Shown here one piece after another: positions 1-13,850 of a stretch of 64,000 nucleotides of DNA. The first letter of the stretch is position 1. Each line of letters begins with the position of its first letter. The position numbers were made by a program, and so were the translations under genes. The stretch covers positions 4,888,708-4,952,707 of the forward strand of contig CAVNZM010000017.1 of the NCBI GenBank assembly GCA_963693365.1, written 5' to 3'. A model generated the notes under the pieces. It was not told the origin of the DNA, ran no database searches, and worked only from the letters and a program-made list of their open reading frames with translations. This DNA comes from Amoebidium appalachense. Taxonomy: Eukaryota > Protista > Ichthyosporea.

Positions 1-40
1 CGGGAGAGGTTTTGGTGGGGGGTTTGGGGGGGAGGGAGGG

Positions 41-71
<31 letters not shown>

Positions 72-403
72 GGATTTGGATGAGCAAGGTATCGTAGAAG
101 TATGGGCTTCTAAGGGGAGGTCTGTGAAAATAAGAGACGGCATGGGCGGAAGTTGGTGCGTCAGGGGGGAATGGGGGGGGAGGTGGGGAGGGAGGGGTTA
201 AAGAGTGTGATTTGTGGGGCAGGGGCGGGGGGGGGGGGGGGGGGGGGGGGGGGGAGGGATTCGGAGCTCTAGAACGTGAATAGAGTGTGAGAGTATTATA
301 AGAATAGGGGGGGGGGGGGGAGGAAGGAGGTATGTGGAGGGATTAAAGAGGGTGGTTTGGGGGGGAGGGGAGGAGGGGAATCTGAGCATTGTCTTGTTTT
401 CAG

Positions 404-875
404 ATGCAGCTGGAGGCCGGTTGTATGTTGCCACACAGGCGGGGGGTGGTGTGGTGCTTCGAAATGAACTCAGATGCGTACGAAACACCCCTCCTCCCTC
501 TAACCCCTACCCCACACCTTTCTCCCTCCCCCCCGACCCTCCCCCCTTTCCCCCTTCCCCGGCCTATCTTACTGTCTCTATCTCCCTATCTCCTGCGCGC
601 AACCGCACACTCCTTCCCTCCTTCCTCCTCTTCTCCTCTCTCCCTCCGGTCTCCCTCGCTCACTCGCTCCTTCCCTTCTCGGTCCCTTCCCCACCCACCT
701 TTTCTCTCGTCCTTACCCTCTTTTGGCATTTCTCTACATACTCACACACCAGCACTCCCACTCCCCCCCCCCCCCCCTCCCCGGGGATATGGAGTCTCCC
801 CCCCCCCCCTCCACCCCACCCCATCCCCCCCTCCCCCCCTCCCCCCAGAACCCCCCTCCCCCTCTCCCCCCCCCC

Positions 876-906
<31 letters not shown>

Positions 907-1670
907 AAGCCACCCTCCCCCCCCATCCCTACTTCCACATCCCCGGAGTCCTGCAGTATATATTTATATGCATGTTCTGCAGTACCCGAAAGCCGGATTT
1001 AAACGAGATATTTGCCCTGTGGCCTTCTGTTTCTTTGAATTAATCTCCATGATTTATAAGGACGTGCACCAAACATGTCACCCTCACCCCATGTATGACG
1101 GTTAGCTTTACATGCACTCGGGCAAGAATATGATTCTGGCAGAGCTGCTCCAACAATTCTATTTGAATAACCAACAACCCATTTATCGATTATCCTTTCT
1201 ACATTTCTCCGTATATTTCGCCCGTGCCTGTGCCAATACAATCTAGGAAAAAAAAATAAAAGTAAATTGCTATTAACTCCAATGTTTAGGGTGGGACCAT
1301 TCAATCTAGGAGTAAGAAAAACATCGTAGTAAATACAGAAGTTGGGAGAATGAAAAACACTGCAATAATGGTATTAGACCAGTTAACCTAAGGAAAGACC
1401 TTTAAAGCACTACGAGCAGACACACCATCCAACTTCCCTTTGTCTTTCCATATAACTTCAACTTCTCCCCGTTCTAACCATAATCCACCACCAGGCCACC
1501 TACTCATCAGTGGAGTTGTGACATAGGCAAACCACTATTTTCAAGCCCTGTAATTCACAATGGTTCGGTATTCATTGGATGTGTGGATGGATATTTCTAC
1601 TCGATCTCAAGCGCTGGTTCTATAGTAAGTAGCCCCCTCCCTGGCTTCCCATGTGTCCCCCTCGACAGCC

Positions 1671-1711
<41 letters not shown>

Positions 1712-2978
1712 AAAAAACACACACACACACACACACACACTAGCAACCCCCCCCCCCCCCCCCCCCCTCCCCTCCCCCCGTCTAAGTATGTATATAATCA
1801 GAGTAAAGGAGCAGGCGTATGTTCACTTCGGACATACCAACCACATCTTTCTTCAAATCTTCCATGTTCGTATCATTCTTGCGCCAGCCTCCCCCCTCCC
1901 CCCCCCCTCCCCCCCCTGGTACCTTCCCCCCTCCCCCAACCCCGGAGCCCACCCCCACCGCTCTTCCCCTTCAAAGCCTACCCATTCCATCACACCATTC
2001 CATCACCAGTCAATGCCAGCTCCCGCTCAACACAAAACGTTGGCACCCAGCGCACAAGCCCACACACAGACAGCGACGTACATACAGGCAACCACACCTG
2101 CGCTTGCACACACACACACACATACACACACACACACAGGCACACACAGACACGCATGCACATGCACACTGACACACACACATACACGGGCCCTCTCCTC
2201 ACCCGTCCCCCCCAAAAACACACACAAACACACACATAATTACCACAACCACCCACGTACATGCACAAGCGGAAACACAGACAGTCCCATCCATCCCCCC
2301 CCCCCCCCCCCCCCCCTCCCCCCCCCCCTCCCTGCCCCTCCTCCCACCCACCAACCCACCCCACCCTCGCCTCCTCCCATGCCCCCTTCCCCTTCCTAAC
2401 AATGTCGCCCCTCCCCCCCCCCCCCCCCCCCTCCCCCCCCTCACTTCAATCAGTTGTGGAAAGTTCAAACGGGAGGGCCGGTCTTCTCCACCGCCTGTAT
2501 TACCCCATCCCACATGACGTCATCACACATGACGTCACACCATGGGCCCCTCCTTCTGATTGGCTCCCACGACAATCACGTGCGATGCATTACCTTGGAC
2601 GGGTCTGTTCTGTGGGCCGAAAGGTATGCCTTATGTTCCTTTATCCGATGACCCCCCCTCCGCCCCTCCCCCCCTCTCCCCTCTCCCGAAACACACACAC
2701 ACACACGATTCACACCAACCCTCACACCCACACACCCACACATACATACACACATACGCACGTGCACACACACACACGCACACACACACACACACACACA
2801 TGCACTCAGATATGTGTACACATACACACATTTACACACAAGCCTAATTTCCCCTTCCCCCCCCGCCTCCCCCTACACCCACAGGCTTGATAGTGCCATC
2901 TACGGCGCACCTTCTGTTCTGCACACCGACAAAAAAGGTACAGTGTGTCCCCTCCCCCCTCCGACCCCCCCCCCCCCC

Positions 2979-3013
<35 letters not shown>

Positions 3014-3507
3014 CCCAATTTTTCTAGCGAACGAATTCTCCCCCCCCCCCCCCCCCCCCCCCTCCCCCCCCCTCCCTCACCTCCCGTCTCTCCCTCTTAC
3101 GTGTTCGTTTTATTACCTGGCCGGGAACCTCTCATCTGCTGATTACTGAACTGTAATATCAAGAGTTGATTTGGACTCGGCAGCTATTTTCGAGGGTGGT
3201 GGGGGGGGGGGGGGGGGGGGGGGGGATTTTGATCGATGGGGAAGGTGAAGGGGGGAGAGGGGGGAGGGGGTTTAATCCTGTGGCAAATTTAGGGGGTATG
3301 GGGGAAGAGGGGGGGGGGGGGTAACTGCAAAATTAAGTTGCCTTCCGTTCACACTCCTCCCCTCCCCCCCTCCCCCCCCCCCCCCCCCCGATGGAGATCG
3401 GGACAAAGGGCAACTGAGGACATGTGTGTATGCCAGCTTATAAACTTCCTTCTCTGCCCTGTAACAAAAGATTGTGTGTATCTGTGCATGTATGTATGCA
3501 TGTATGT

Positions 3508-3539
<32 letters not shown>

Positions 3540-3545
3540 TCGTGC

Positions 3546-3593
<48 letters not shown>

Positions 3594-3886
3594 CTAATGT
3601 GTGAGCATGCGCGTGAGCGTGCGTGCATGCATGTGTATTTTGGTGCGTGCCGCGGCCGAGGAAAAGGGGGTAGGGGGGGAGGGGGGAGAGAACGAGAGGT
3701 TTCTGATCTGTGAGTTGGTAATAGAAAATTGCTCTACTAGACCAGCATACAGTTATATTGTCTAAGTGCTCGTTTGTCAACAGGTTATGTGGTGGTTGGG
3801 ACGACACAAGGAAGCCTGTACATTCTAAGGTGAAGCCTATGCATCCTTGCCTAGCTACTTGCTCCTTGCCCCTCCCTCCCCTTCTC

Positions 3887-3917
<31 letters not shown>

Positions 3918-5286
3918 ACACACACACACTCCCTCGGGCCCTTTCCCCTCCTCTATCCCACCCCCCCCCATCTTCCCCCCCTTCAAAAAAAAAAAAAAAA
4001 AAAAACATAAAAAGAACAAGAAGAAGAAGAATAATAGAAGCCTTTCCCAGTCCTCGGGATGCACGCATGTTCTTGCATACCGAGGCTAGCAGGCACACAA
4101 CCACACACAGACAGGCACACAGACACCCTGGGTAATCACGTGTCTGTGTGCGTACATGTGTGTGCGTGTGTGTGCACGCTCACACTCTGTGTGCGTGCTT
4201 GCATGTATGTGTGCTTGTGCGCGCCTGCATGCTGTGTGTGGTTGTGGGTGTGCATGTGCGTGTGTGTGTGTATGTATGTGTCTGCATGTGTGCATGTGTG
4301 TCCGAGGGGGGCGGGGGAAGGGTGATGAATACCGCAAGGGTGGGGGGAGGGGGGGCTTTGCTACTATCAGGTTTATACTCGGCATGTGAATACAATCCTG
4401 CCAACATCCATGGGGCACCCTCTCTCTATTCTTCTGGTGACATTCAACCAATCAGCTTGGAGGATGGCACCTTGGCTGCAACCCCCGAGACCCTACCAGG
4501 TCACGTGTTTTCATCCCCGATTGCAGCGTCCATTAATGGTAACTCAAACCATCCACCCTTTTCTCCCTCCCCCTCCCCCCTTCCAACCCCCCCCCCCCCC
4601 CCCCCCCCCCACACGTCTCCCTCCCCCTCCCCCCCTCCCCCCTCCCCCCCTCCCCCCCCTCACACACACACACAACACACCCCTCCCTCCCCCCTTCCCC
4701 ACCCTCCCTTCCTTTCGCTCCCCTGCCAACATAAACACACGCGCCTGTGCGTGACCACCATGCCACCACCACCACTTTTGCCATTTGCCCCCCCCCTCTC
4801 CCCCTCCCCCTCCTTACACCCCCCCTCCTCATCCTTCTTCTACACAGACGCACGCTTTTGCACACTATTTGCTCAGCTTACGGCTTTTCCCCCTGTGTCT
4901 CGCACCCTACCTTCACTGTGGAAAAGACAGACCCCCCTGTGGATGACGTGGGCCTTCCCTGAGGATGGGCTCTGCTTATTATGCATACTCTTTATGTATG
5001 GCTTGCATTCTGCATCGTGTTATCCGTTTGTTCTTGTGTACTTCGTACTTTTTGACGCATTCAAACCCCCCGCCCCCCCCCCACCGCCCCACCCCACCCC
5101 CCCCCCCCTCATCCTCCCCCATCCCCCCCCCCCCCCCCCCCCCCCCCCCGCTGCTTGCATTTATTTCACTTGCCCCTTTCGTTTGGGGCGCGCACCGCAC
5201 AGGTTTGCTTTCCGCTGACCAATTCAAACAAAGGTCGGTCTCACCTACCTATCCATGATCTCTTCCTTTCAGTCTTTTTTTTTTTT

Positions 5287-5332
<46 letters not shown>

Positions 5333-5484
5333 TCTCTGTATGCCTTTCAACATTTTCTCACTTTTACTCCCTCGTGGTGGTGCAGTGGTGGCTTTGGCTT
5401 TGTCAACTTAAGCCATCATCTCCTTTTTTAAAACACGCGCACACAAAAATAAGAGGGGAAGAGAGCGGGTGGAGAGGGTGGGGA

Positions 5485-5518
<34 letters not shown>

Positions 5519-5882
5519 CTAAAGTAATAACAAATAGTAACAACATCAGTAAGCACTGCAATAATAAAACAATAAAAAAGGTAGGAATATTGACTACAGT
5601 CCAACCACATACAACGCACATGCCCGCCCTTGCATGCATGTGAATCAGCCCCCCCCCCCCCCCCCCCTCCCCCCCCCCCCCCCCCTCCCCCCCCCCCCCC
5701 CCCCCGCCGCCACCACCATCCCTCCCTTCCCCCCTCCCCTCCTCCCCCCCCCCCCCCCCCCCCAGTGTTGACCCAATCACCATTCACACCTACACCCACC
5801 CACAGGCACTGGGGAAACCACAAGCATCGTCATTTTCGTCGGGTGCCGGGACAACTACCTCTATGCCTACAGAATCACGTGA
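404..5882 (+). CDS. AASDH: 3' part of AASDH/ACSF4-like (beta-alanine-activating, NRPS-like) protein: C-terminal PQQ-type beta-propeller repeats; 5' end lies outside the window
   Basis: Phase-compatible GT-AG exons 404-477, 1495-1624, 2454-2623, 2885-2937, 3784-3829, 4456-4538, 5806-5882(TGA) give ...[113 protein letters not shown], matching the recalled AASDH C-terminal repeat pattern ([27 protein letters not shown]). Needs one G fewer in the G6 run at 441-446. Confidence 0.85.
4937..5065. repeat. Truncated copy of a dispersed G/C-tract-anchored repeat family (inverted relative to 18908-19149), in the last AASDH intron
   Basis: Near-identical reverse complement of 18908-19030 (ggatgacgtgggcc..ctgaggatgggctctgctta..gtacttcgtactttttgacgcattcaa) followed by a C-run. 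Confidence 0.9.
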
Positions 5883-6389
5883 TATTCAGCCAATGAAAGG
5901 CATTTCCTGGTATTAGGTTGGGTGAAAAGGAGGGGAATCTTAGATGTTGGCATCGGGTTAGACCACACCAAGAATGGCTTTTTGTGGTTGGCCTAGTACT
6001 GTTTAAAGGTTTATGAAGTCAGATGTGTTGCCAAAAAATAGCCACATTATTATGCCTGTATTGTTTTATTTTTATGGTTTGTGTATATAAGTAGAGGGTG
6101 GCGATTTCAGTGAATTGCAGGCAGCGACTGGTTTGGGTTTTGTTTCTTAGACTATCTGTTGAAAGGAACAACTAAACAGTTTCTTATTTGCTTCTGATAG
6201 AAGTATAGGATCATCGGTCTGAGATCAGTTGTGGGTTGCATAGAGAAGGTGTGTGTCTACCATTCACGGGTACTGATGTGCTGTGGCAGAGTGCACTGTC
6301 TCGGCACGTTGTGCATGTGTGTGTGTTTTACTAATAGTTGTGTGGACCGATTACCCATTTAATCTCACTTTGCACGTGTCGTGCACTTG

Positions 6390-7846
6390 GTACTATAGCA
6401 TGGGGGGGAGGAGGGGGGGTTTCCTGAGGAACAGGGGGGGGGAGGGGGGGGGGGGGGGGGAAGGGGGGGAGCGGAAGGGGGGAGGCGTTCCTGAACGCGG
6501 GGGGGAGTACATATATCGTGAACGTGGGATAGCTAAAGATCTAAATGATTGGAATAAAACATCATTGAAATAACAAACTTTAAGTTGACTTTATTAATGC
6601 ATGGGGTTGGCTATAATGGGAGGGGGCAGGAGGGGGGGGGAGGGGGGGGGGGGGGGGGGGCGTTCCTGAGGAACGGGGGGGGGGGGGGGGTTCGGGGGGG
6701 GGGGGGGGGGGGGGGGGGTATTTACAAAGAAACTGGTAACAATTTCTTACATGTGAAGGTACATACTTGTAGCTGAATTTAAGAACATAGAGACGTGGGA
6801 TAGCTAAAGATCGGATTGGAAAAACATCATGGATATAACAAAGTTAGCTCTATTAATGTATCGGGTTGCCTATAATGGGAGGGGAGAGGGGTGGAAGGGG
6901 GGCTGGGGTTCCTAAGAAACGGGAGGGAGGGGGGGGGGGAGGGGGGGGGGGGTTTCTTGGTGAACGGGGGGAGGGGAGGGGGGCGTTCCTGGGGAACGGG
7001 GGGAAGGGGAGGAGGGGGGAGTATTACGAAGAAACTGGTAACAATTTCTTGTGCAGGTACACACTTGTTAGCTGATTTTAAAAACATAGGGGCGTGGGAT
7101 AGGTAAAGATCTAAATGGTTGGAATAAGACATCACGGCATGATAACAAAGCTGACTCTATTAAGGTATCGGGTTAGCTATAATGGGAGGGGGGAGGGGAA
7201 GGGGGGGGAGCGTTCCTGAGGAACGGGGGGGGTGGGGGTGGGGGTGGGGGGGGGGGGGGGGGGGGGGGGGGGTTCCTGGGGAACGGGGGGGGGAGGAGGG
7301 GGGAGTATCTACAAAGAAACTGGTAACAATTTCTTGTGCAGGTGACATACTTGTAGCTGAATTTAAGAACATAGAGGCGTGGGATAGCTAAAGATCGGAT
7401 TGGAAAAACACATCATTGAAATAACAAGTTAATTTTATAAATGGAATGGGGTTGGCTATAATGAGAGGGGGAGGGGGGGGGGGACGTTCCTGAGGAACGG
7501 GGGGAGGGGGGGAGGGGGGGAGGGGGGCGTTAGTGAGGAACGGGGGGAGGGGGGGAGTATCTCGTTCCTGAGGAACGGGGGAGGGGGGGGGGGGGGGGGG
7601 GTATTTACTAAGAAACTGGTAACAATTGCTCAGTTGTGCAGGTACATATTTATAACTCAACTTAGGAACATAGAGACGTGGGATAGCTAAAGATCGGGTT
7701 GGAAATAAACATCATTGAAATAACAAGTTAATGCTATTAATGTCATGGGGTTGGCTATAATGAGAGGGGAGAGGGGGGGGGACGTTCCTGAGGAACGGGG
7801 GGAGGGGGGGGGGGGGGTTGGAGGGGGCGTTCCTGAGGAACGGGGG

Positions 7847-7880
<34 letters not shown>

Positions 7881-8178
7881 CTTCCTAAAAACGGGGGGGG
7901 GGGGGGGAGGGAAGGGGGGGGGGGGGGGGGGGAAGGGGGTAGCTTGAGGAGGGATCGGTCTACTAGAATTAATCGTGCGTTTACATACTTGTAACTTAAT
8001 GCAGCAGGAAAAAGGGGACGAGGAATATTTACTGAGATCCAAAGCAATGGAATGTTGTAAACCCATTCAGATAGTTAAGTTACCTCTGTTAATATGCATG
8101 GGTTTGGCTTTAAAAATTAAAAGGGGGGGGGGGGGGGGGGGGGGGGGGGGGATTAAGGGCGTTCCTGGGCAACGGGGG

Positions 8179-8214
<36 letters not shown>

Positions 8215-8631
8215 TTTAATAAGAAACTGGTGCTTGTGCAGGTACATACTTGTAACTTAATTTAGGCACATATGGACGTGGGAACCCGACAGCTAAAGAT
8301 CTAAAGTTCTAAAACACTGTAATCATTTAACATCCGATTCATTCGCAATAAACAAAGATCACCTCTGCTAATGCATGGGGTGGGCTATGAGGAGGGAGGG
8401 TTGGGAGGAGGGTGGGGCGGGAAGGGGAGGTAGGGGGTTGGGGTAACCCTAATTAAGACACTGGGTACAACTGCACGTTGCATATAACGTGTTAACTGGA
8501 GTGAGATAGGCGGAATATGGACGTGGGAGTATGCATGATTCAAGGTTTGGATAGAAAGCCATAAATAGGGAACATAACTCTGTTATAATTAATGCATTAA
8601 TGCTTGGAGTTGGATATGTGTGTGTGCGTGT

Positions 8632-8662
<31 letters not shown>

Positions 8663-8900
8663 GGGGGAGAGGCCCGGGCGGGGAGTGGGGCGTGGGGGGG
8701 GGGGGGAAGTGCACGTGGGAGGGAGTTGGGAGGTCTGCTGAGACACAGCGATGCTAACAATTGACCAGATACTGCGCATGGATGTAGCGAGGAATAACTA
8801 TAGGGAAGAGGGGGAGCTAAACATTTAAAGGCCATTCCTGGGGAAGAGGGGAAATGGGTGATTAATCGGGGAGGGGGGGGGGGAGAGGGGGATGGGGGGG
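6390..8900. repeat. Tandem satellite of ~270-300 bp units (about 8 copies, degenerate at both ends)
   Basis: Recurring block aagaaactggtaacaatttcttgtgcaggtacatacttgtagctgaatttaagaacatagagacgtgggatagctaaagat..ggctataatgggag; anchor gtgggatag near 6524, 6796, 7095, 7379, 7678, variant near 8278; palindrome CGTTCCTGAGGAACG between G-runs. Confidence 0.9.
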
Positions 8901-10045
8901 TGGGGGGGGTGGGGGTGGGGGGAGGTCCCGACAATTTGGAAAAGCTCTACGTGATCTGATCAAACAAAGGGTGCACTAATTGTTACATGATGGGAGCCGG
9001 TCTTTAGTGTCGGTTATGTCACATGAACAATGTCAACCAAGCACAGATCTAAGACACTGCACTCCTAACAGTTGTTAACATATCTGCATATAACAATAAC
9101 GAAATTTGTCAAAGTGGAATGTAGAAAATGTAGAATGAGATTATCGGGTACCAGGGAATTCATTGAAAAAAGAATCGGAATGATAGTACATAAAAACTAG
9201 TAACAGGGAAAACAACTCGTACACTCAAAAATGATTGATTATAAATATGAAGCAGGGGAGGGGTGTGTGTGGTTGCTTGAGGAAGAGAGGGGAGGGGGGA
9301 AGGGGGGGGGGGAGGGGGGGGGGGGGGAGACTCTTGAAGCTTGGAGCAGCAAGAAGACTCAGTCCCGTATGGATACAAGGGGTGACTAAGATCAAGATAA
9401 TTTGATACTAAGATAAACAGTGCTATTTTTCCCCCAATTTTCCCCCCCAATAATTAAGATAATAGGGTCTACTAGGGCGGGGGGGGGGGGGGGGGGGGGG
9501 GAGGGCTGATGTTGCACAGAACAAGGGTAGAGTTGAGAGTGACAATGTTTTGACGGCTAGTGAGAGGGATATGCATTGCTAACGCTACACCACTTTCACC
9601 GCGCTGGTTGTTTTCACCTCTGAGTGTTCCATTTGTGTGTGTGTGTGTGGGGGGGTGGGGGGGGGGGGGGGGGGGGGGGGAGTTGAAGGGTGGGGTGAGG
9701 GATTCGAACCACCAACTGTTTTATGGGGGGGGGGGAGGGGGGGGGGGGGGGCACACCCATATGGGAAGGAGCCTCCCCCCCCCACACACCCATGGCCACA
9801 TACTACCCCTCCCCCCTCCCCCCCCCCTCCCCCCCCTCCCCCCCTCCCCCCCCCCCCAAAAAAAAAACCAAAAAACAAAACCGAGCGCCCCAAGGAACCC
9901 AACCACGAACCCACCAACGACTGAAATTGGTCACTATGATATATATTGACACAGGTGTCGGTATTGGCAGGCTTTAGACTTTGTTGTATCCATCTTCAAA
10001 GGTCAGGCTATAAATGCTTACAGTGTCCGGCACTAGCCATTACCC

Positions 10046-10082
<37 letters not shown>

Positions 10083-10355
10083 CAACAACAAAAAAAAAAA
10101 AAAAAAAAAAAAGGAATCTGGGGAGGATGGGGCGGGGGGTTTTCAATGTTTACTACTAGCTTTCTGATGCCATCGAAAGTCCAAAACCTTATACATGCAA
10201 TGGGCGCAGGTATGGGTACATATTTAAGTGACGTACGTGCACAAGATGTTGCTCGTGCATGCACAGACTGAGCGCAACTCACGGACGAAGAGATCGGTAT
10301 GGACACACAAGCAAGCATTGATAAGCACACGCATACACCATGATAGTACCATAAT

Positions 10356-10404
<49 letters not shown>

Positions 10405-11061
10405 CGCACGCACACACACTCGGGCGCGCGCGCGTGCGCACGCAAACGGGCGCGTGCGTGTGCAGGTGCGTACAACCCAAAGCTTGCACGTGGTTGTTGC
10501 TGTTGCAGTTGCACAAAGAGCCTGGTTCTTCTCTGAGAGTTGCTTTATGTCACTTAAAATACGGGAAAGCAGAGTGTACAGAGGTGTTATGGTCTAGACA
10601 ACAAAGAGGCACAATAAGTGGGAGTTGGCTGGCCTCTGCGGTCTTTACATCACTCGATTCTGATACAGGCTGAAATTTTATTCGGCGCCCCCTGCGGCCT
10701 ATTTGTTCGCAACCATGCATCATCTCATTAAGCAACCCACACTTATAAAGAACCCTCTCTAAATGCAGAGTATCTCATAGTCGATACTCATATGCATGAT
10801 GGTGTGGCATGTACTATGTATACTCAGGTGATTGATTGAAACGACACATTTAAAGCCAATCAGAGCACTTTTTTGAATTGTAAAAAAACCGAGCCTAAAG
10901 CTAGCCACAGTAACCAATAGCTTCACTCACAGTAAAACAGAGAGGTAAAAAAGGGACACTGTCATATTGTCTCAAGCTAGGTGGCCAGGTGTACGCAGAT
11001 CTACAGACTCAGGGGGGGGGGGGGGGGGGGGGGGAGGGGGGAGAGAGAGAGAGAGGCAGGC

Positions 11062-11100
<39 letters not shown>

Positions 11101-11500
11101 TGCGGGGGGGGGGGGGGGGAGAGGGGGAGAGAGAGAGCGGAAGTCTCTATTTAGAATGCGCAAACGGAGAGAGCGTAAGCACAAGGAGGAAGAGGGAGGG
11201 TCTCAGAGAAATGTATATGCCAATTACTGTAGCACAACGAGGTAGACAGAGAGAGAAAACAAAGTTTGGCAAATATAGAACAGATCATTGGCAAACCTCT
11301 TGCTATTCACGTAACTACGTGCTCCACCACTGATTGTTTCAAAGTTGTCATGACTTCATGTGTTTACGTACCAGGGCCTCAGTGGTGTCCGGCATCACAA
11401 GTCTGAATCACTACCTCCTGGTGAAAGAATAGGAGGGACCAATCGGATGAAAGAACATGGAAGGAATCACATGGAAGACAAACACACAGATACACCGTGA

Positions 11501-11578
<78 letters not shown>

Positions 11579-11772
11579 CATGTCACAGCTCATATACACA
11601 TCAAGGGAGTTCCCATGATCTGTATTAATTTTGACTAATCTCTAATGGATGATGTCGATGTTGGCTGTATATAGTGGTATTCCGACACCTGGTGTGAGAT
11701 AAAGTATCATTATCGGATACTATGATGTAACTTAGTGATTTATGTACACGTGTATTATTTGTGTCTGTGCCA

Positions 11773-11865
<93 letters not shown>

Positions 11866-11867
11866 GT

Positions 11868-11940
11868 GTGTGCAAAAATTCCCTGACTCATGGTACCAGT
11901 GTCAGTGCAAAAATTCCCCGGTGCAAAAATTCCCTGTGAC
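11868..11940. repeat. Triple direct repeat GTGCAAAAATTCCC, probable subterminal repeats of a degenerate DNA-transposon end
   Basis: gtgcaaaaattccc occurs three times within ~70 bp. Confidence 0.5.
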
Positions 11941-13265
11941 CCCCCCCCCCCCCCTTTTTTTTTTCCTCCCTGGAGTTTTAGGTGCTTCGATGCACCCATA
12001 CAGCATTCACCCCTGAGTTATGTTCTTTCCTTCAGTCACGTCCTCCGCCATATTAGGAAGTCGCCATGGTTTGCTGATGACTTTTACTTTGCTGATCAGA
12101 GAGGAATTGCGCGAAAAAGGGGAGCCCTGCTGGGGGGGGGGGGGGGGGGGGGGGGGGAGTGGGGGAAGGGGGGGAGAGAAAAGGGGGAAGGGTGTCCCGG
12201 GGGGGAGGGGAGGGGGGAAGGGGGGAGGGGGAGGGGGGAGGGGGGAGGGTGGGGAGGGAGGGGGTTGAATGGAGGCAAAAAGACAAAACACAGAACGTCA
12301 CAAATTCAAACTTTGGCAGAAACAAAAAAACAAGGGAGGGAGGGGGGGAGGTGGGGGGGAGGTGGGTTGCTAGACATTTGGGTGTGTGTGCTTTTACGTG
12401 TATGCAATGCTTATGCCTGCTTCTTTGTTAGGGGACCCCGGGGGAGGGGGGGGGGGGGAAGAGAGAGACTGGAAAGACAGAGAGAGATACATAATGTCAT
12501 AACCGTTTCGTATCCAATGGTTGGATGGCCGTAGGAAAGGGGGATGGGGGTGGGGGTAGGGAGGGGGGAGGGGGGGGGGGGGGGAGGGAGGTTGCATCAG
12601 GCAGCTCAGGCTGAAGTCTTTACATATGCATGTACAACATGAGTTGTAGCAGAAATTGAACAGTCCGAGTAAGGGGGGGAGGGGGGGGGGGAAGGGGGGA
12701 GGGAGGCGGAAGAAGGGGGAAGGGGAGGGAGGGGGAGGACACTAACTTGTGTCTCTGACTATAGGCAAGGCAAAAAGCCTTTTACTACGTTTTTCATTGT
12801 TCAACGTGCTAATATTAATTAAATACAACTTGGTTTATTGTATGATAATCTGAAGCCCTCGTCTACCACCCCCCCTGTGCTTGTGCTGTAGATCTAAGGG
12901 CCCCTACCTATATACACATACACACACACATATATATACATGGCTACATGTCCAAACACACCTGTGTTCCCGCGCCTACAAAAATACAGCTCATTTTTAG
13001 CTACCCTAAGTGCCTTGCCCCCCCTACCCCCCCCCCCCCCCCAGCCCCCGCCCCACCGCTCATCCCCCTCCCCACCCCCCAACCTCCTTGGAAATAGACA
13101 ACCATTATGCGTTGCCCCCCCCCCCCCCCATCCCATCCCCCTACACACACACACAAAAAAAAAAAAATCTTAAAAACTAAAAATAATATACAATAAAGCT
13201 AAATTAAAACTATTAGAAATAAACAGCTGCCTCCAGTTTTTCAGATATACGGCCCACCAACACAT

Positions 13266-13850
13266 TCACTCCCGAGATTTATACTGCTCCTTCAGCCTCT
13301 TACACTCAAGCCTGTGCTCCTTCCAATCTTCCACTTGATGCTCCGCCTTACAGTAGTAAATCACATTGCATCCGGTACATCTCTTCGTTGCATGTTCCCC
13401 GCACAATGCACACTGGTGGTCTGAAACCAGCAGTATCCGCCTGTCTGTTCGACACATTCTCTTGTGGTATACAGGTATACCAATAAGCATTAGCTCAGCC
13501 CAATTCACATAAAGTGGGTCGGATGGGGGACTAACGCTCCTTCGCAGTGCTCCTTGATGTGTTTTAAACGTAACATGTTTTGGACGCGGCCCCATGAATG
13601 TACCAGTACCACGAGAAAACGTTACTGGGAAGGTAGCGCCTTCAAACGTGGGGTTATCTAGGAGCGCACGAACACCCAAACTCAAGTGATCTTCGAAAGT
13701 CGCATCTGGGGGATAGGTGTTTGGGCGAACTGCATTCACAGCGTTGCGCAGTGCGGGCCAAGTTTTCTCATTAACCGGCTTGATGTTCCTTGAATCTGGG
13801 GCAGAAGCGTTGTTTCCCAAGCCCAAAATCTGCTCCAAAACATCTTTCAC
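13266..13850 (-). CDS. MYND zinc-finger protein (C-terminal zf-MYND); start uncertain
   Basis: Uninterrupted non-repetitive ORF ending CALCGEHATKRCTGCNVIYYCKAEHQVEDWKEHRLEC, the canonical MYND pattern. Frame stays open upstream to ~13916; an ATG at 13918-13920 is one base out of frame. Confidence 0.85.
   Translation of the reverse strand: MKDVLEQILGLGNNASAPDSRNIKPVNEKTWPALRNAVNAVRPNTYPPDATFEDHLSLGVRALLDNPTFEGATFPVTFSRGTGTFMGPRPKHVTFKTHQGALRRSVSPPSDPLYVNWAELMLIGIPVYHKRMCRTDRRILLVSDHQCALCGEHATKRCTGCNVIYYCKAEHQVEDWKEHRLECKRLKEQYKSRE

Noticed and set aside
982-1880. Candidate extra AASDH exons (982-1100, ~1802-1866)
   Set aside because: Splice-like borders but no propeller similarity, and flanking exons already join in phase without them.
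6390-8900. CRISPR-like array of short palindromes
   Set aside because: Spacers are G-runs or repeated constant sequence, not unique; no cas genes; eukaryotic context.
9691-9720. tRNA gene (GGTTCGAATCC B-box on minus strand)
   Set aside because: Only a T-arm-like fragment between G-runs; no D-arm, anticodon arm or A-box.
9330-12120. Possible gene from scattered unique islands
   Set aside because: No phase-consistent exon chain or recognisable protein motif found.
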